Below are positions 42,237 through 51,176 of a stretch of 64,000 nucleotides of DNA, in pieces. This stretch comes from Eubacteriales bacterium (lineage in GTDB: Bacteria; Bacillota; Clostridia; Oscillospirales; CAG-382): the NCBI GenBank assembly GCA_045536535.1, contig JAZSNS010000019.1, forward strand, positions 18,826-82,825, written 5' to 3'. Each line of letters begins with the position of its first letter. The first letter of the stretch is position 1. Under the pieces are notes generated by a model. It saw only the letters and a list, made by a program, of their open reading frames with translations, searched no databases and had not been told where the DNA came from. A program made the translations under genes and the position numbers.

Positions 42237-43814
42237 TCATTTTTGGTTATTCATCAAAACAAATTCCTCCGCCGAGCGCAAACCGTCGATCGCGGCCGAA
42301 ATAATGCCGCCGGCATATCCTGCGCCCTCGCCGAGAGGGAAGATACCCTTGATGTTGCTCTGGCGGTCGTCAGAACGTTTGATCCTTATCGGGGAACTCG
42401 TTCGGCTTTCGACGGCGGTGATGACCGCGCCCGAATCGTCAAAGCCTTTTATCTTTCTGCCGAAATCGATAAGCGCTTCGCGGAACGATGCATTCATCTC
42501 GTCGGAGAAAAGTGATGCGACGTCGCAAATACGTACTCCGCGCGGATAGGTCGGGTCGACCTTTCGGTTTGCCTTTTCGGTTATTCCCAGATAATCCCCG
42601 ACGCTCATCGCAGGCGCGGTGAAATCGTTTCCGCCGAGTTCAAACGCCGCTTTTTCGAGCCGTTCGCGATAGTCATAGCCTGCGAAAATGCCGTCGCCCA
42701 GATCTTCCGGCAAGACTTCGCAAAGTATCGCGCTGTTGGCGTTTTTACCGTCGCGCGCGTGGTAACTCATGCCGTTTGTGACAAGCCGTTCATTTTCGCT
42801 CGCCGCCGCGACAACGTGGCCGCCGGGACACATGCAAAAACTGTAAACGGTTCTGCCCGTTGAGCAATGCCTGAAAAGTTTATATTCCGCAGGAGGCAAA
42901 AAGCGAAGAAAATCGTTTTTGCCGTATTGCGCGATGTCAATGCATTTTTGCTCATGTTCAATACGGAATCCCACCGAAAACGGCTTTTTTTCCAATTCCG
43001 CACCATGAGAATAAAGCATTTCGGCGACATCTCTCGCCGATTGTCCCGTTGCGAGGAAAAGAGTTTCGGTCTTTATGTTTTCGCCGTTTGCGATAACGGC
43101 TTTGAGACGTCCGTTTTCGGTAACGATGTTTTCGAGTTTGGTTTCAAACCGAATCTCTCCGCCGAGTGCGATGATCTCTTTGCGCAGATTTTCCACAACG
43201 TTGCGGAGCAGATCGGTGCCGATGTGCGGTTTTGCGATATAAAGCGTTTCCTGCGGCGCGCCGGCGTCAACGAGAGTTTTGAGAACAAACTGACCGCGAA
43301 AGCTTTTGTCTTTGACAAGGGTGTTGAGTTTTCCGTCGGAAAACGCGCCTGCGCCGCCCTCGCCGTATTGAATGTTGGAATCGGGGTTGAGTTCTCCGCC
43401 CGAGAAAAACGAGTCGACATCTTTTTTCCGTTCATGGCCGATTTTTCCGCGTTCGAGAACGATCGGCTTCAAACCCGCCCTTGCGAGCATGAGCGCGGCA
43501 AAAATACCCGCAGGACCGAAACCTGCGACAACAGGGCGGTTTTCGGGCATGAAACGCGCTTCGGGGAATTTATATTCCTCCTCCGAAAGCATAACAGTGC
43601 CGCCGCAACGCGAGGCGATTTTTTCCTCGTCTGACCCGTTTGCGAAAACATCAACGGTATAGACGAATTTCGCCTTGTTACGGCGCGCGTCGAGAGATTT
43701 TTTCTTTATTTCATAATCAAATCCGCCGATTTCAAGCCCCGTCAATTCCGAAAGAGCCGATTCGAGGGAAAGAGCGTCCTCTTTCGGAGAACGCTCGAAT
43801 GTAACCCTTATCAT
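42237..43814 (-). CDS. FAD-dependent protein, COG2509-type uncharacterised dehydrogenase
   Basis: N-terminal ferredoxin-like leader with KKSLDARR, then the dinucleotide fold VVAGFGPAGIFAAL. Length about 525 aa. Confidence 0.78.
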   Translation of the reverse strand: MIRVTFERSPKEDALSLESALSELTGLEIGGFDYEIKKKSLDARRNKAKFVYTVDVFANGSDEEKIASRCGGTVMLSEEEYKFPEARFMPENRPVVAGFGPAGIFAALMLARAGLKPIVLERGKIGHERKKDVDSFFSGGELNPDSNIQYGEGGAGAFSDGKLNTLVKDKSFRGQFVLKTLVDAGAPQETLYIAKPHIGTDLLRNVVENLRKEIIALGGEIRFETKLENIVTENGRLKAVIANGENIKTETLFLATGQSARDVAEMLYSHGAELEKKPFSVGFRIEHEQKCIDIAQYGKNDFLRFLPPAEYKLFRHCSTGRTVYSFCMCPGGHVVAAASENERLVTNGMSYHARDGKNANSAILCEVLPEDLGDGIFAGYDYRERLEKAAFELGGNDFTAPAMSVGDYLGITEKANRKVDPTYPRGVRICDVASLFSDEMNASFREALIDFGRKIKGFDDSGAVITAVESRTSSPIRIKRSDDRQSNIKGIFPLGEGAGYAGGIISAAIDGLRSAEEFVLMNNQK

Positions 43815-44782
43815 TATTTAGTGAAGTTTTTGTCGAGCCAAGCTTTATAGTCGTTATAAAGTTGGATCGAGCCGGGATGGCCGCAGAAAGCGGTGGTGCC
43901 GGGTTTGTTGAACATACCGAGATATTGATAGATGAGGATCTCGTCAACGTAAGGAGAGATGCTCTTGATCTGTTGATCGATTCTGTCCATAGCGGCGGGA
44001 CAAAGCGCGCTTCGGTAAACGTCGCCCTCGAATTCAAACACTTCCATGTCAGCCCAAAGCGCAGCTCTGCCTGCTTTGTCGTGAGCCTTGCGAAGCGCTT
44101 CGTAATATGCGGGAGTTTCGTGGGGTTTAGCCTTGCGGACGCCGATCTCGTCCTGATATGCGATGATATCGCAATCGAGTCTTTCGAGCTGGCTGACAAA
44201 GTTATCGTCGGCTTTGAGGCTGTTTGTACCGTAAGGAGCGATGAGAACTTTGAGGTTCGGGTCGAAGCTCTTGCCGTATTTGGTGTAAAGATTGGTGTAT
44301 TCGATGAAAGTGTCGGGATAGTAGGGGTAGATGCCGAGCTCATCGGGGAGATACCAGCCATAGAAGGACTTGTGGTGGCCGTACTGTGCATAAAGCTGGT
44401 CCATAGCCTTAAATGCGCGCTTGGTAACCTCGGGGCTTGTCATATTATTAACGGTATCGGTCCAGAGGCCGTAGAAGCCTGTGCCCATAAAGATCTTCAT
44501 ATCGTGGCGATCAGCCGCACGATACATTGCCTCCATAGGATCGGACGCGCCCATTTTCGCCATGGGATAGATGTCTGTCTTGAAGTATGCCTCGCAGGAA
44601 TCCTCATAGACCAGCGCGCTTGCCATAAGCACGATATATTTCATGCCGAGAGAAGCCATTTCTTCCATTTTGGTTTCCCACTGTTCGTCGGAGAAGTGAC
44701 GGCAGATGGGATTCCAATATTTTCCCTCGGGAAGATTGTGATGGTGGAATTCAAACCAAGTACCTGTGATGGGTTTAAGCAT
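43814..44782 (-). CDS. DUF4434-type glycoside-hydrolase-like protein
   Basis: PITGTWFEFHHHN...EGKYWN...W...M...GMKYIVL pattern. Family name is from recall. Overlaps the downstream gene by 1 nt. Confidence 0.6.
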   Translation of the reverse strand: MLKPITGTWFEFHHHNLPEGKYWNPICRHFSDEQWETKMEEMASLGMKYIVLMASALVYEDSCEAYFKTDIYPMAKMGASDPMEAMYRAADRHDMKIFMGTGFYGLWTDTVNNMTSPEVTKRAFKAMDQLYAQYGHHKSFYGWYLPDELGIYPYYPDTFIEYTNLYTKYGKSFDPNLKVLIAPYGTNSLKADDNFVSQLERLDCDIIAYQDEIGVRKAKPHETPAYYEALRKAHDKAGRAALWADMEVFEFEGDVYRSALCPAAMDRIDQQIKSISPYVDEILIYQYLGMFNKPGTTAFCGHPGSIQLYNDYKAWLDKNFTK

Positions 44783-44877
44783 AGCAAAAATTTCCTTTCC
44801 TTGAATTTATTACCTTTTACAGAATAACATTTAGATGTGTTTTTTTCAATAGTTTTTCATAAAAAAGCCGCGCGTTT

Positions 44878-45531
44878 TTATATAATACCGTTCATCGAAA
44901 GTATGAACAGAACACATGTGGCGATTATCGCGCCGGCGAGGATAAAAAGACCGATCGGGAACTTCTTTTTTGTGCCGGAAGAAGAATTATCAACAAGATT
45001 TGCTTTCCGTAAAGCCGTGACAACAGGACGGTAAAGCAAAAAGGTGAAACCTGCGTTAAGTCCGGCTTTCAAAAGGTTGAACGGTAAAAATGCGGGCAGC
45101 AGAAGTTCGACGACCGCCTCGCGCGGGTAACCCATATAAAGCGGCGTGATGAGGTAATTCCAAAGCATCATCACCGCGACCATAAGAACGCTTCCGACAG
45201 CCAAACCGATGACCGCGCCCCAAAGGGTGCGCTTCTTTTTATAGATAAAAGCGGCTGTGCAGGCGAACGAGCAGGACGACAAAACATTCATCACCAATCC
45301 GATGAACCCCGTTTCGCTCGCAAACGCCATTTCGATCAGCGAAACGATCAACGAAACCGAAAACGATATCCAAGGACCCCAAATGAAACCGCCGAGAGCG
45401 ATGATGATGTCCTTCGGGTCATATTTCAAAAACAGCGTCACGGGGATCCTGCCGACCAACATGACGATATACGCCAAGGCGCAGAGCATGGCGGTTATTG
45501 AAATTATTTTTATTCTGTTTTTGTTTTTCAT
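44878..45531 (-). CDS. ribU: ECF transporter S component, riboflavin-specific (RibU-type)
   Basis: Start MKNKNRIKIISITAMLCALAYIV at 45531 with an AAGGTG RBS. Six TM segments. Directly preceded by an FMN riboswitch. Confidence 0.82.
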   Translation of the reverse strand: MKNKNRIKIISITAMLCALAYIVMLVGRIPVTLFLKYDPKDIIIALGGFIWGPWISFSVSLIVSLIEMAFASETGFIGLVMNVLSSCSFACTAAFIYKKKRTLWGAVIGLAVGSVLMVAVMMLWNYLITPLYMGYPREAVVELLLPAFLPFNLLKAGLNAGFTFLLYRPVVTALRKANLVDNSSSGTKKKFPIGLFILAGAIIATCVLFILSMNGII

Positions 45532-45546
45532 AAAGCTCACCTTAAT

Positions 45547-45730
45547 AAAAAATCCCCGAAAGCATAAAACTTTCGGGGGAATTTGCAAAATGACGCAAAA
45601 CTTAAAAACGCGAAATCTCTGCTTCTTTTATCCAGACTTTACTGTTGGTTTCGGAATCGCACCGAATCATGCAAAAACGCTCGCGGACTTTACCGCCAAT
45701 CGGGAATCACACCCTGCCCCGAAGCAATAT
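45547..45730 (-). promoter_or_regulatory. FMN riboswitch (RFN element) with a terminator expression platform
   Basis: Minus strand reads GCTTCGGGGCAGGGTGTGATTCCCGATTGGCGGTAAAGTCCGCGAGC...GATTCGGTGCGATTCCGAAACCAACAGTAAAGTCTGGATAAAAGAAGC, then TCCCCGAAAG-loop-CTTTCGGGGA plus TTTTTT. This matches the conserved RFN core. Confidence 0.88.
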
Positions 45731-45791
45731 TCGTTTGTGTATTTATATTATAATTACAGAACAGAATATGTCAAGAGGATAAATTAAGATA

Positions 45792-45820
45792 TTGAAAAAA
45801 CGAAAAAAATGTGCTATAAT
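45792..45820 (+). promoter_or_regulatory. sigma-A-like promoter (TTGAAA-17-TATAAT, TG-extended)
   Basis: TTGAAA at 45792-45797 and TGTGCTATAAT ending at 45820, upstream of trkA. Confidence 0.6.
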
Positions 45821-45864
45821 ACACGACAAATCGAGCATCGAACTTTGTTTTAACGAGGTTTTTT

Positions 45865-47223
45865 ATGAAGATAATTATTGTCGGATGCGGAAAAGCAGGC
45901 ACTTCGATTCTCGCCAGCCTTGTCGGAGAGGGCAACGACGTTGTTGCCATTGACTCTTCGCCTGCCGTTATCGAAGAAATCAGCAACGTTTATGACGTTA
46001 TGTGTGTTTGCGGCAACGGCGCGGACACCGAAACGCTTGAAGAAGCTGAGGTTTCAAAGGCTGAGCTTTTTGTTGCTGCCACCAAATCGGACGAGCTTAA
46101 CATGCTCGCCTGCTTTGTCGCCGAAAGAATGGGCGCAAAGCATACCATTGCGCGCATCCGCAACCCTGAATATAACGATCGCAGTCTTGATTTTCTCCGC
46201 AAACATCTCGGTCTTACCGTTTCGGTCAACCCCGAATGGATGGCGGCGAAAGAACTTTATAACATTTTAAAACTGCCCGCGGCGGTCAATATCGAAAGCT
46301 TTTCGGGCGGCAACCTTGAAATGGTCGAGATCCGCCTTAAACAGGATTCGATTCTCGACGGCATGAACCTTATCGAACTTCGACGTCAATACAAAGCGAA
46401 GTTCCTTATTTGCGCGGTTCAGCGCGAGAACGATGTTTATATCCCCGACGGCAATTTTGTGCTTAAAAGCGGTGACAGGATAGGTCTTTCCGCATCTGCG
46501 AGCGAAATCCAAAAGATTTTGCGCATGTGGGGGCTTGTTCAGAAATCGGCAAGAAGCGTTATGATCCTCGGCGCGAGCCGAACCTCATATTATCTCGCAA
46601 AACGTCTTATTGCAAGCGGAAACAGCGTTAAGATAATCGACGAGGACGAAAAACGCTGCCGTGAATTCGCCGAAAAACTTCCCGAAGCGGTCGTCATCTG
46701 CGGCGACGGCGCCGAACAGGAACTGCTTCTTGAAGAAGGGCTCGGCTCTACCGATGCGTTTGTCGCGCTCACGGGCAAGGACGAACTTAACATCCTCATT
46801 TCGATCTTTGCGGCGTCTCAGAACGTACCAAAAGTCATTCCCAAAGTAAACCGCGCCGAACTTGCGGCAATGGCGGAAAATCTGGGTTTGGATTGTATTA
46901 TTTCTCCGAGAAAGATCGTTTCCGACGTTCTTGCGCGTTACGCAAGAGCGATCAAGAACTCGGTCGGCAGTAACATCGAAACGCTTTATAAGCTCATGGG
47001 CGGAAGCGTTGAGGCTTTGGAATTTAACGTAAGTCCCGATTTCAAGGGCGCGAATATTCCTCTTAAAGACCTCGCGATGAAACCGAACATTTTGATTGCG
47101 GGAATAATTCGCGGACGAAAAGCGATCATACCTTCGGGCGACGACATGATCCAGCCCGGCAACCGAGTTGTCGTTATCGTTTCCGGTCAGCAATTGGTCG
47201 ATCTTTCGGATATTCTTCAATAA
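45865..47223 (+). CDS. trkA: Trk potassium uptake system, NAD-binding subunit TrkA
   Basis: Two RCK/NAD folds (MKIIIVGCGKAGTS and VMILGASRTSYYLA), each followed by an RCK_C segment. Confidence 0.92.
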   Translation: MKIIIVGCGKAGTSILASLVGEGNDVVAIDSSPAVIEEISNVYDVMCVCGNGADTETLEEAEVSKAELFVAATKSDELNMLACFVAERMGAKHTIARIRNPEYNDRSLDFLRKHLGLTVSVNPEWMAAKELYNILKLPAAVNIESFSGGNLEMVEIRLKQDSILDGMNLIELRRQYKAKFLICAVQRENDVYIPDGNFVLKSGDRIGLSASASEIQKILRMWGLVQKSARSVMILGASRTSYYLAKRLIASGNSVKIIDEDEKRCREFAEKLPEAVVICGDGAEQELLLEEGLGSTDAFVALTGKDELNILISIFAASQNVPKVIPKVNRAELAAMAENLGLDCIISPRKIVSDVLARYARAIKNSVGSNIETLYKLMGGSVEALEFNVSPDFKGANIPLKDLAMKPNILIAGIIRGRKAIIPSGDDMIQPGNRVVVIVSGQQLVDLSDILQ

Positions 47224-47242
47224 AAAGGCGGTCGTTTGATAT

Positions 47243-48691
47243 ATGAACCGAAAAATGGTATTTTATATGTTCGGCCGTATCGGGCAGATCGTTGCTTTGA
47301 TGATGCTTCTGCCCGCGCTCGTCGCGATCGTTTACGGCGAGATGTCTCAGATGTGGTCGTTCATCGTCACCGCGCTTTGTGCGGCGGCGTTGGGCACGCT
47401 TTGCGCGGTTGTTTTCCGAACGAAAGACAGAGTTATTTATGCAAAAGAGGGCTTTGCGGTCGTTGCTTTGGCATGGCTTGCAATGTCGGGTTTCGGCGCG
47501 TTGCCTTTTGTTATCAGCGGCGAAATTCCCTCTTATGTCGATGCGTTTTTTGAAACGGTCAGCGGTTTCACAACGACCGGCGCTTCGATTTTGACCGATG
47601 TTGAAGCAATGAGTTACAGCATGCTCTTTTGGCGCAGTTTCACCCATTGGGTGGGCGGTATGGGCGTGCTCGTCTTCGTGATGGCGGTGGTCTCAAACAT
47701 GACCGACCGTTCGATTCACATCATGCGCGCAGAAATTCCGGGACCTGTCGTCGGCAAACTTGTTCCGCGCGCGAGGGACACCGCGAAGATACTTTATCTT
47801 ATTTATATCGCGATGACTTTCATTCAGATACTGTTGCTTTATGCGGGCGGAATGCCGATGTTTGACAGCATCATTCACACTTTCGGCACTGCGGGCACGG
47901 GCGGTTTCGGCGTTAAGTCGGACAGCATTGCGGGATATAGCGTTTATTGCCAGAACGTTATCGGTGTTTTCATGATATTGTTCGGCATTAACTTCAATAT
48001 TTATTATCTTTTGATCATCCGACGTTTCAAAACGGTCTTCAAAAGCACCGAACTTTGGGTTTATCTCGGCGTGATAGCCGTTTCGGTGGTTCTTATAACC
48101 CTTAATCTCTATTCGGTCAACCGCAACGTTCCCGATTCTTTAAGGCTTTCGTTCTTTCAGGTTTCGTCGATCATCACGACAACGGGATTCTCAACCGCCA
48201 ACTTCAACGCATGGCCGTCACTTTCAAAGGGCATATTGCTCGTGTTGATGTGCCTTGGCGCATGTGCGGGCTCGACGGGCGGCGGACTTAAAGTTTCGCG
48301 CGCGGTAATTCTTTTCAAACTCATTCTCCGCGAGATAAAGCGCATGCTTCATCCGCGTTCGGTGACTTCGGTCAGGTTTGAAGGCAAAGCCGTCGATGAT
48401 CAGACGTTGAGCAGCGTCGCGACCTATTTTGCCTGCTATGCTTTATGCGTCATCGCCGCATTTTTGTTGATTTGTATCGAGCCGTCTGATTTTGAAACCG
48501 ATTTTTCTGCGGTTCTTGCAACCTTCAATAACATCGGCCCCGGTTTCGGCGAGGTTGGACCTGCGGGAAGTTTTGCGAACTATTCGGCGTTCTCAAAGCT
48601 CGTTCTGGCGTTCGGCATGTTGCTCGGCAGACTTGAAATTTTCCCGATAATCATCGCTCTTTCTCCCTCGACTTGGAGAAAAGAGGGCTGA
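47243..48691 (+). CDS. trkH: Trk/Ktr potassium transporter membrane subunit TrkH
   Basis: Polytopic. Repeated selectivity-filter-like TTTG/TGG segments (SGFTTTGAS, GTAGTGGFG, ITTTGFS, GSTGGGLK). Confidence 0.92.
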   Translation: MNRKMVFYMFGRIGQIVALMMLLPALVAIVYGEMSQMWSFIVTALCAAALGTLCAVVFRTKDRVIYAKEGFAVVALAWLAMSGFGALPFVISGEIPSYVDAFFETVSGFTTTGASILTDVEAMSYSMLFWRSFTHWVGGMGVLVFVMAVVSNMTDRSIHIMRAEIPGPVVGKLVPRARDTAKILYLIYIAMTFIQILLLYAGGMPMFDSIIHTFGTAGTGGFGVKSDSIAGYSVYCQNVIGVFMILFGINFNIYYLLIIRRFKTVFKSTELWVYLGVIAVSVVLITLNLYSVNRNVPDSLRLSFFQVSSIITTTGFSTANFNAWPSLSKGILLVLMCLGACAGSTGGGLKVSRAVILFKLILREIKRMLHPRSVTSVRFEGKAVDDQTLSSVATYFACYALCVIAAFLLICIEPSDFETDFSAVLATFNNIGPGFGEVGPAGSFANYSAFSKLVLAFGMLLGRLEIFPIIIALSPSTWRKEG

Positions 48692-48711
48692 AAAAAGATA
48701 AAACGGCAACA

Positions 48712-48747
48712 AAAAAATCTCCCGAAAATCGGGAGATTTTTGTTTTT
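48712..48747. terminator. Bidirectional Rho-independent terminator
   Basis: ATCTCCCGA-AAA-TCGGGAGAT flanked by an A-run and a T-run, between convergent genes. Confidence 0.78.
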
Positions 48748-48751
48748 AAAA

Positions 48752-49474
48752 TCAGCCGTTGTAAGCGTCTTTATCGACGATAATAACGGTGTCGGGGTGA
48801 ACGTTGAGAAGCGTTGCGGGGTTTTGGGTGGTGATAGCGCCGCTCAAAAGTTCTGCGACCGCGTCATGCTTTGCCTTGCCGGTAGCAAGAAGAATGATCT
48901 TCTTTGCCTTCATGATAGAGCCGATACCCATCGTAACCGCTTGGGTGGGAACGTCTTCTTTCTTTTCAAAGAAACGAGCGTTAGCATTGATGGTGCTTTC
49001 GGTGAGCGAGGTGAGGTGGGTGCCGCAAACGAGTTTTTCATCGGGTTCGTTGAACGCGATGTGACCGTTCTGGCCGATGCCGAGAACCTGAATGTCAACG
49101 CCGCCGGCCGCATCAATAGCAGCATCGTATGCCTTGCCCATTTCAGCGGGATCGGCAGCCATGCCGTCGGGAACGCGGGTGTTAGCTTTGTCGATGTCAA
49201 TATGATCGAAGAAGTTAACGTTCATGAAGTAACGGTAACTCTGATCGTGGTCGGGAGCGAGGGGATAATATTCATCAAGGTTGAAGCTCTTGCAGTCCTT
49301 GAACGAAATTTCGCCCTTTTGGTTCATATCGGCAAGAATCTTATACATGCCGACGGGGGTAGAACCGGTAGCAAGACCGAGAACCGAGTTGGGCTTCATA
49401 TAAACCTGTGCCGCAAAAAGCTTCGCAGCTTCTTTGGAAACTTCTTCGTAGTTTTCGCAAACAATAACTCTCAT
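48752..49474 (-). CDS. nagB: Glucosamine-6-phosphate deaminase
   Basis: LGLATGSTPVGMY, FNLDEYY and GIGQNGHIAFNEP. Confidence 0.93.
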   Translation of the reverse strand: MRVIVCENYEEVSKEAAKLFAAQVYMKPNSVLGLATGSTPVGMYKILADMNQKGEISFKDCKSFNLDEYYPLAPDHDQSYRYFMNVNFFDHIDIDKANTRVPDGMAADPAEMGKAYDAAIDAAGGVDIQVLGIGQNGHIAFNEPDEKLVCGTHLTSLTESTINANARFFEKKEDVPTQAVTMGIGSIMKAKKIILLATGKAKHDAVAELLSGAITTQNPATLLNVHPDTVIIVDKDAYNG

Positions 49475-49630
49475 TTTTCAATCCTCCGAAAAATTTTTAT
49501 CTATCACGAATTATATCATTTTGTTTCGAAAAAGTCAATAGATAACGAGGTTTTAGAAGCTCCACTTGACAAGGTTTTGCTCGTATGATAAAATGTTTGT
49601 GATAAAATAAATGATAAGGAGAACCGCACC

Positions 49631-51130
49631 ATGAATCTGAAACGTTTTCTTTCAATATTGGTTTGTCTTGTTTTGTGTTCCTCGATGTTGCTCGTTTCGT
49701 GCAGCGACAAAAAGGAAGAAGAAATGGACAAAGGCGAACTTGTCGGCGAATGGATTGATAAATATACCGATCTTGCCGAATTCAAATGGGAAGACCGTGA
49801 TGAGTTTCACATTTTGATTTCCGACGATAAGGCCGACCCGACATATTTCTGCGAAGACGTTGTGCCCGACCTTTATTCGACGACCGACAACCTTCTTAAC
49901 GAAGCGGTTGCAACGCGTAACGACGAAATTTTCAGCCGTTACGGAGTTACGATCAAAGCAACCACAACCAACAGCGTTAAAAGCGACCTTGAAAAAGACC
50001 GCGCCGCAACGCTCAATACCTATGACGCTGCGCTTCCTTTTGTTCGTGAGGCAACTTCTCTTGCCGAAGGCGGATATCTTTATGACCTCAACGACGATAT
50101 TTTTGACGGTTATATTCATCTTGATCAGAAATGGTGGGACCAGAAAGCGACCGAATCTTTCTCGATCGGCAACCACCTCTATTTCACGACGGGCGATATC
50201 TCGATAATGCCCAAAATCGTTTCGACGGCGATCACCTTCAACAAGAAGATGCTCGAAACCTATTTCGGCGATGAAAATATGCTTTATGATGCTGTCAGAA
50301 ACAAAACCTGGACATTTGACAAAATGGTCGAAATGGCAACCGAAGTCACCTCTGATACCGATGGCAGAGCAGGCATGACTTTTGAAGACACTTGGGGCCT
50401 TTCCGGTTCTTATCAGGATATCAATACCTTCTTCATCGGTTCGGGCAGAAATTTCGTTGTCAAGGATGGCGACGATCTCCCTGTTCTTGTTATTGAACAG
50501 ACCGCTTCGGTCAACGTTGCGGGCAAACTTCTCGAAGAACTTCAAAAACCCAACACCTGGGTATGGCATTGCGACACAGTGACTGACGGTACTCAATGGG
50601 TCAAATCGCTCGACATCTTCGGCCAAAACCGCGCTCTTTTCAGAACCAGCGCATTCTCTGCTATCAAGAAACTCCGCGCTTATACCGATGCCGAGGAGTT
50701 CGGAATCATTCCTCTTCCGCTTGTCACCGAAGAGCAGGATTCTTATTACACCTCTTGCGGCGCAACCATGGCGTTTGCTGCCGTTATCCCCGCTTCGCTC
50801 AGCACCGAAGAGGCACAGTTCTCTGCATATATTCTTGACGCAATGGCGTTCGGCGGTATGAAGCACATCACTCCCGCTTATTATGAGACCACTCTTAAAC
50901 ACCGCGATCTGCGTGACTCGGAATCCGAGGAAATGCTTGACAACTATATTTTCAACAACATCGTTTATGACCTTGGTGTCGTTTATAACTTCGGCAACAT
51001 CACCGGCATCATGACAAATGTAATGACGTTGAAAAAGACCTCGATCGCTTCCGATATCCAAACTAATAAAAACGTTATTCAGGCGGCGATCGACGATTGC
51101 GTCGAGGCGTTCGAAAAACACGCTCAATAA
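49631..51130 (+). CDS. Large lipoprotein, extracellular solute-binding-protein-like (orphan; paralogue of 60343-61806)
   Basis: Lipobox LVLCSSMLLVSC. Blocks shared with the paralogue: WWDQ, TGDIS/CGDIN, RDSESEEML/RDSESEKML. No adjacent permease or ATPase genes. Confidence 0.7.
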   Translation: MNLKRFLSILVCLVLCSSMLLVSCSDKKEEEMDKGELVGEWIDKYTDLAEFKWEDRDEFHILISDDKADPTYFCEDVVPDLYSTTDNLLNEAVATRNDEIFSRYGVTIKATTTNSVKSDLEKDRAATLNTYDAALPFVREATSLAEGGYLYDLNDDIFDGYIHLDQKWWDQKATESFSIGNHLYFTTGDISIMPKIVSTAITFNKKMLETYFGDENMLYDAVRNKTWTFDKMVEMATEVTSDTDGRAGMTFEDTWGLSGSYQDINTFFIGSGRNFVVKDGDDLPVLVIEQTASVNVAGKLLEELQKPNTWVWHCDTVTDGTQWVKSLDIFGQNRALFRTSAFSAIKKLRAYTDAEEFGIIPLPLVTEEQDSYYTSCGATMAFAAVIPASLSTEEAQFSAYILDAMAFGGMKHITPAYYETTLKHRDLRDSESEEMLDNYIFNNIVYDLGVVYNFGNITGIMTNVMTLKKTSIASDIQTNKNVIQAAIDDCVEAFEKHAQ

Positions 51131-51147
51131 AAACATAAAAGGCAAAT

Positions 51148-51176
51148 AAAAAAGAACCGCTTTGGTTCTTTTTTAT
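51148..51176. terminator. Bidirectional Rho-independent terminator
   Basis: AAAGAACC-GCTTT-GGTTCTTT flanked by an A-run and a T-run. Overlaps the stop of the minus-strand giant gene. Confidence 0.72.

Noticed and set aside
45731-45864. c-di-AMP (ydaO-type) riboswitch upstream of trkAH.
   Set aside because: The predicted promoter at 45792-45820 leaves a leader of only about 40 nt with no room for the about 130-nt pseudo-symmetric aptamer.
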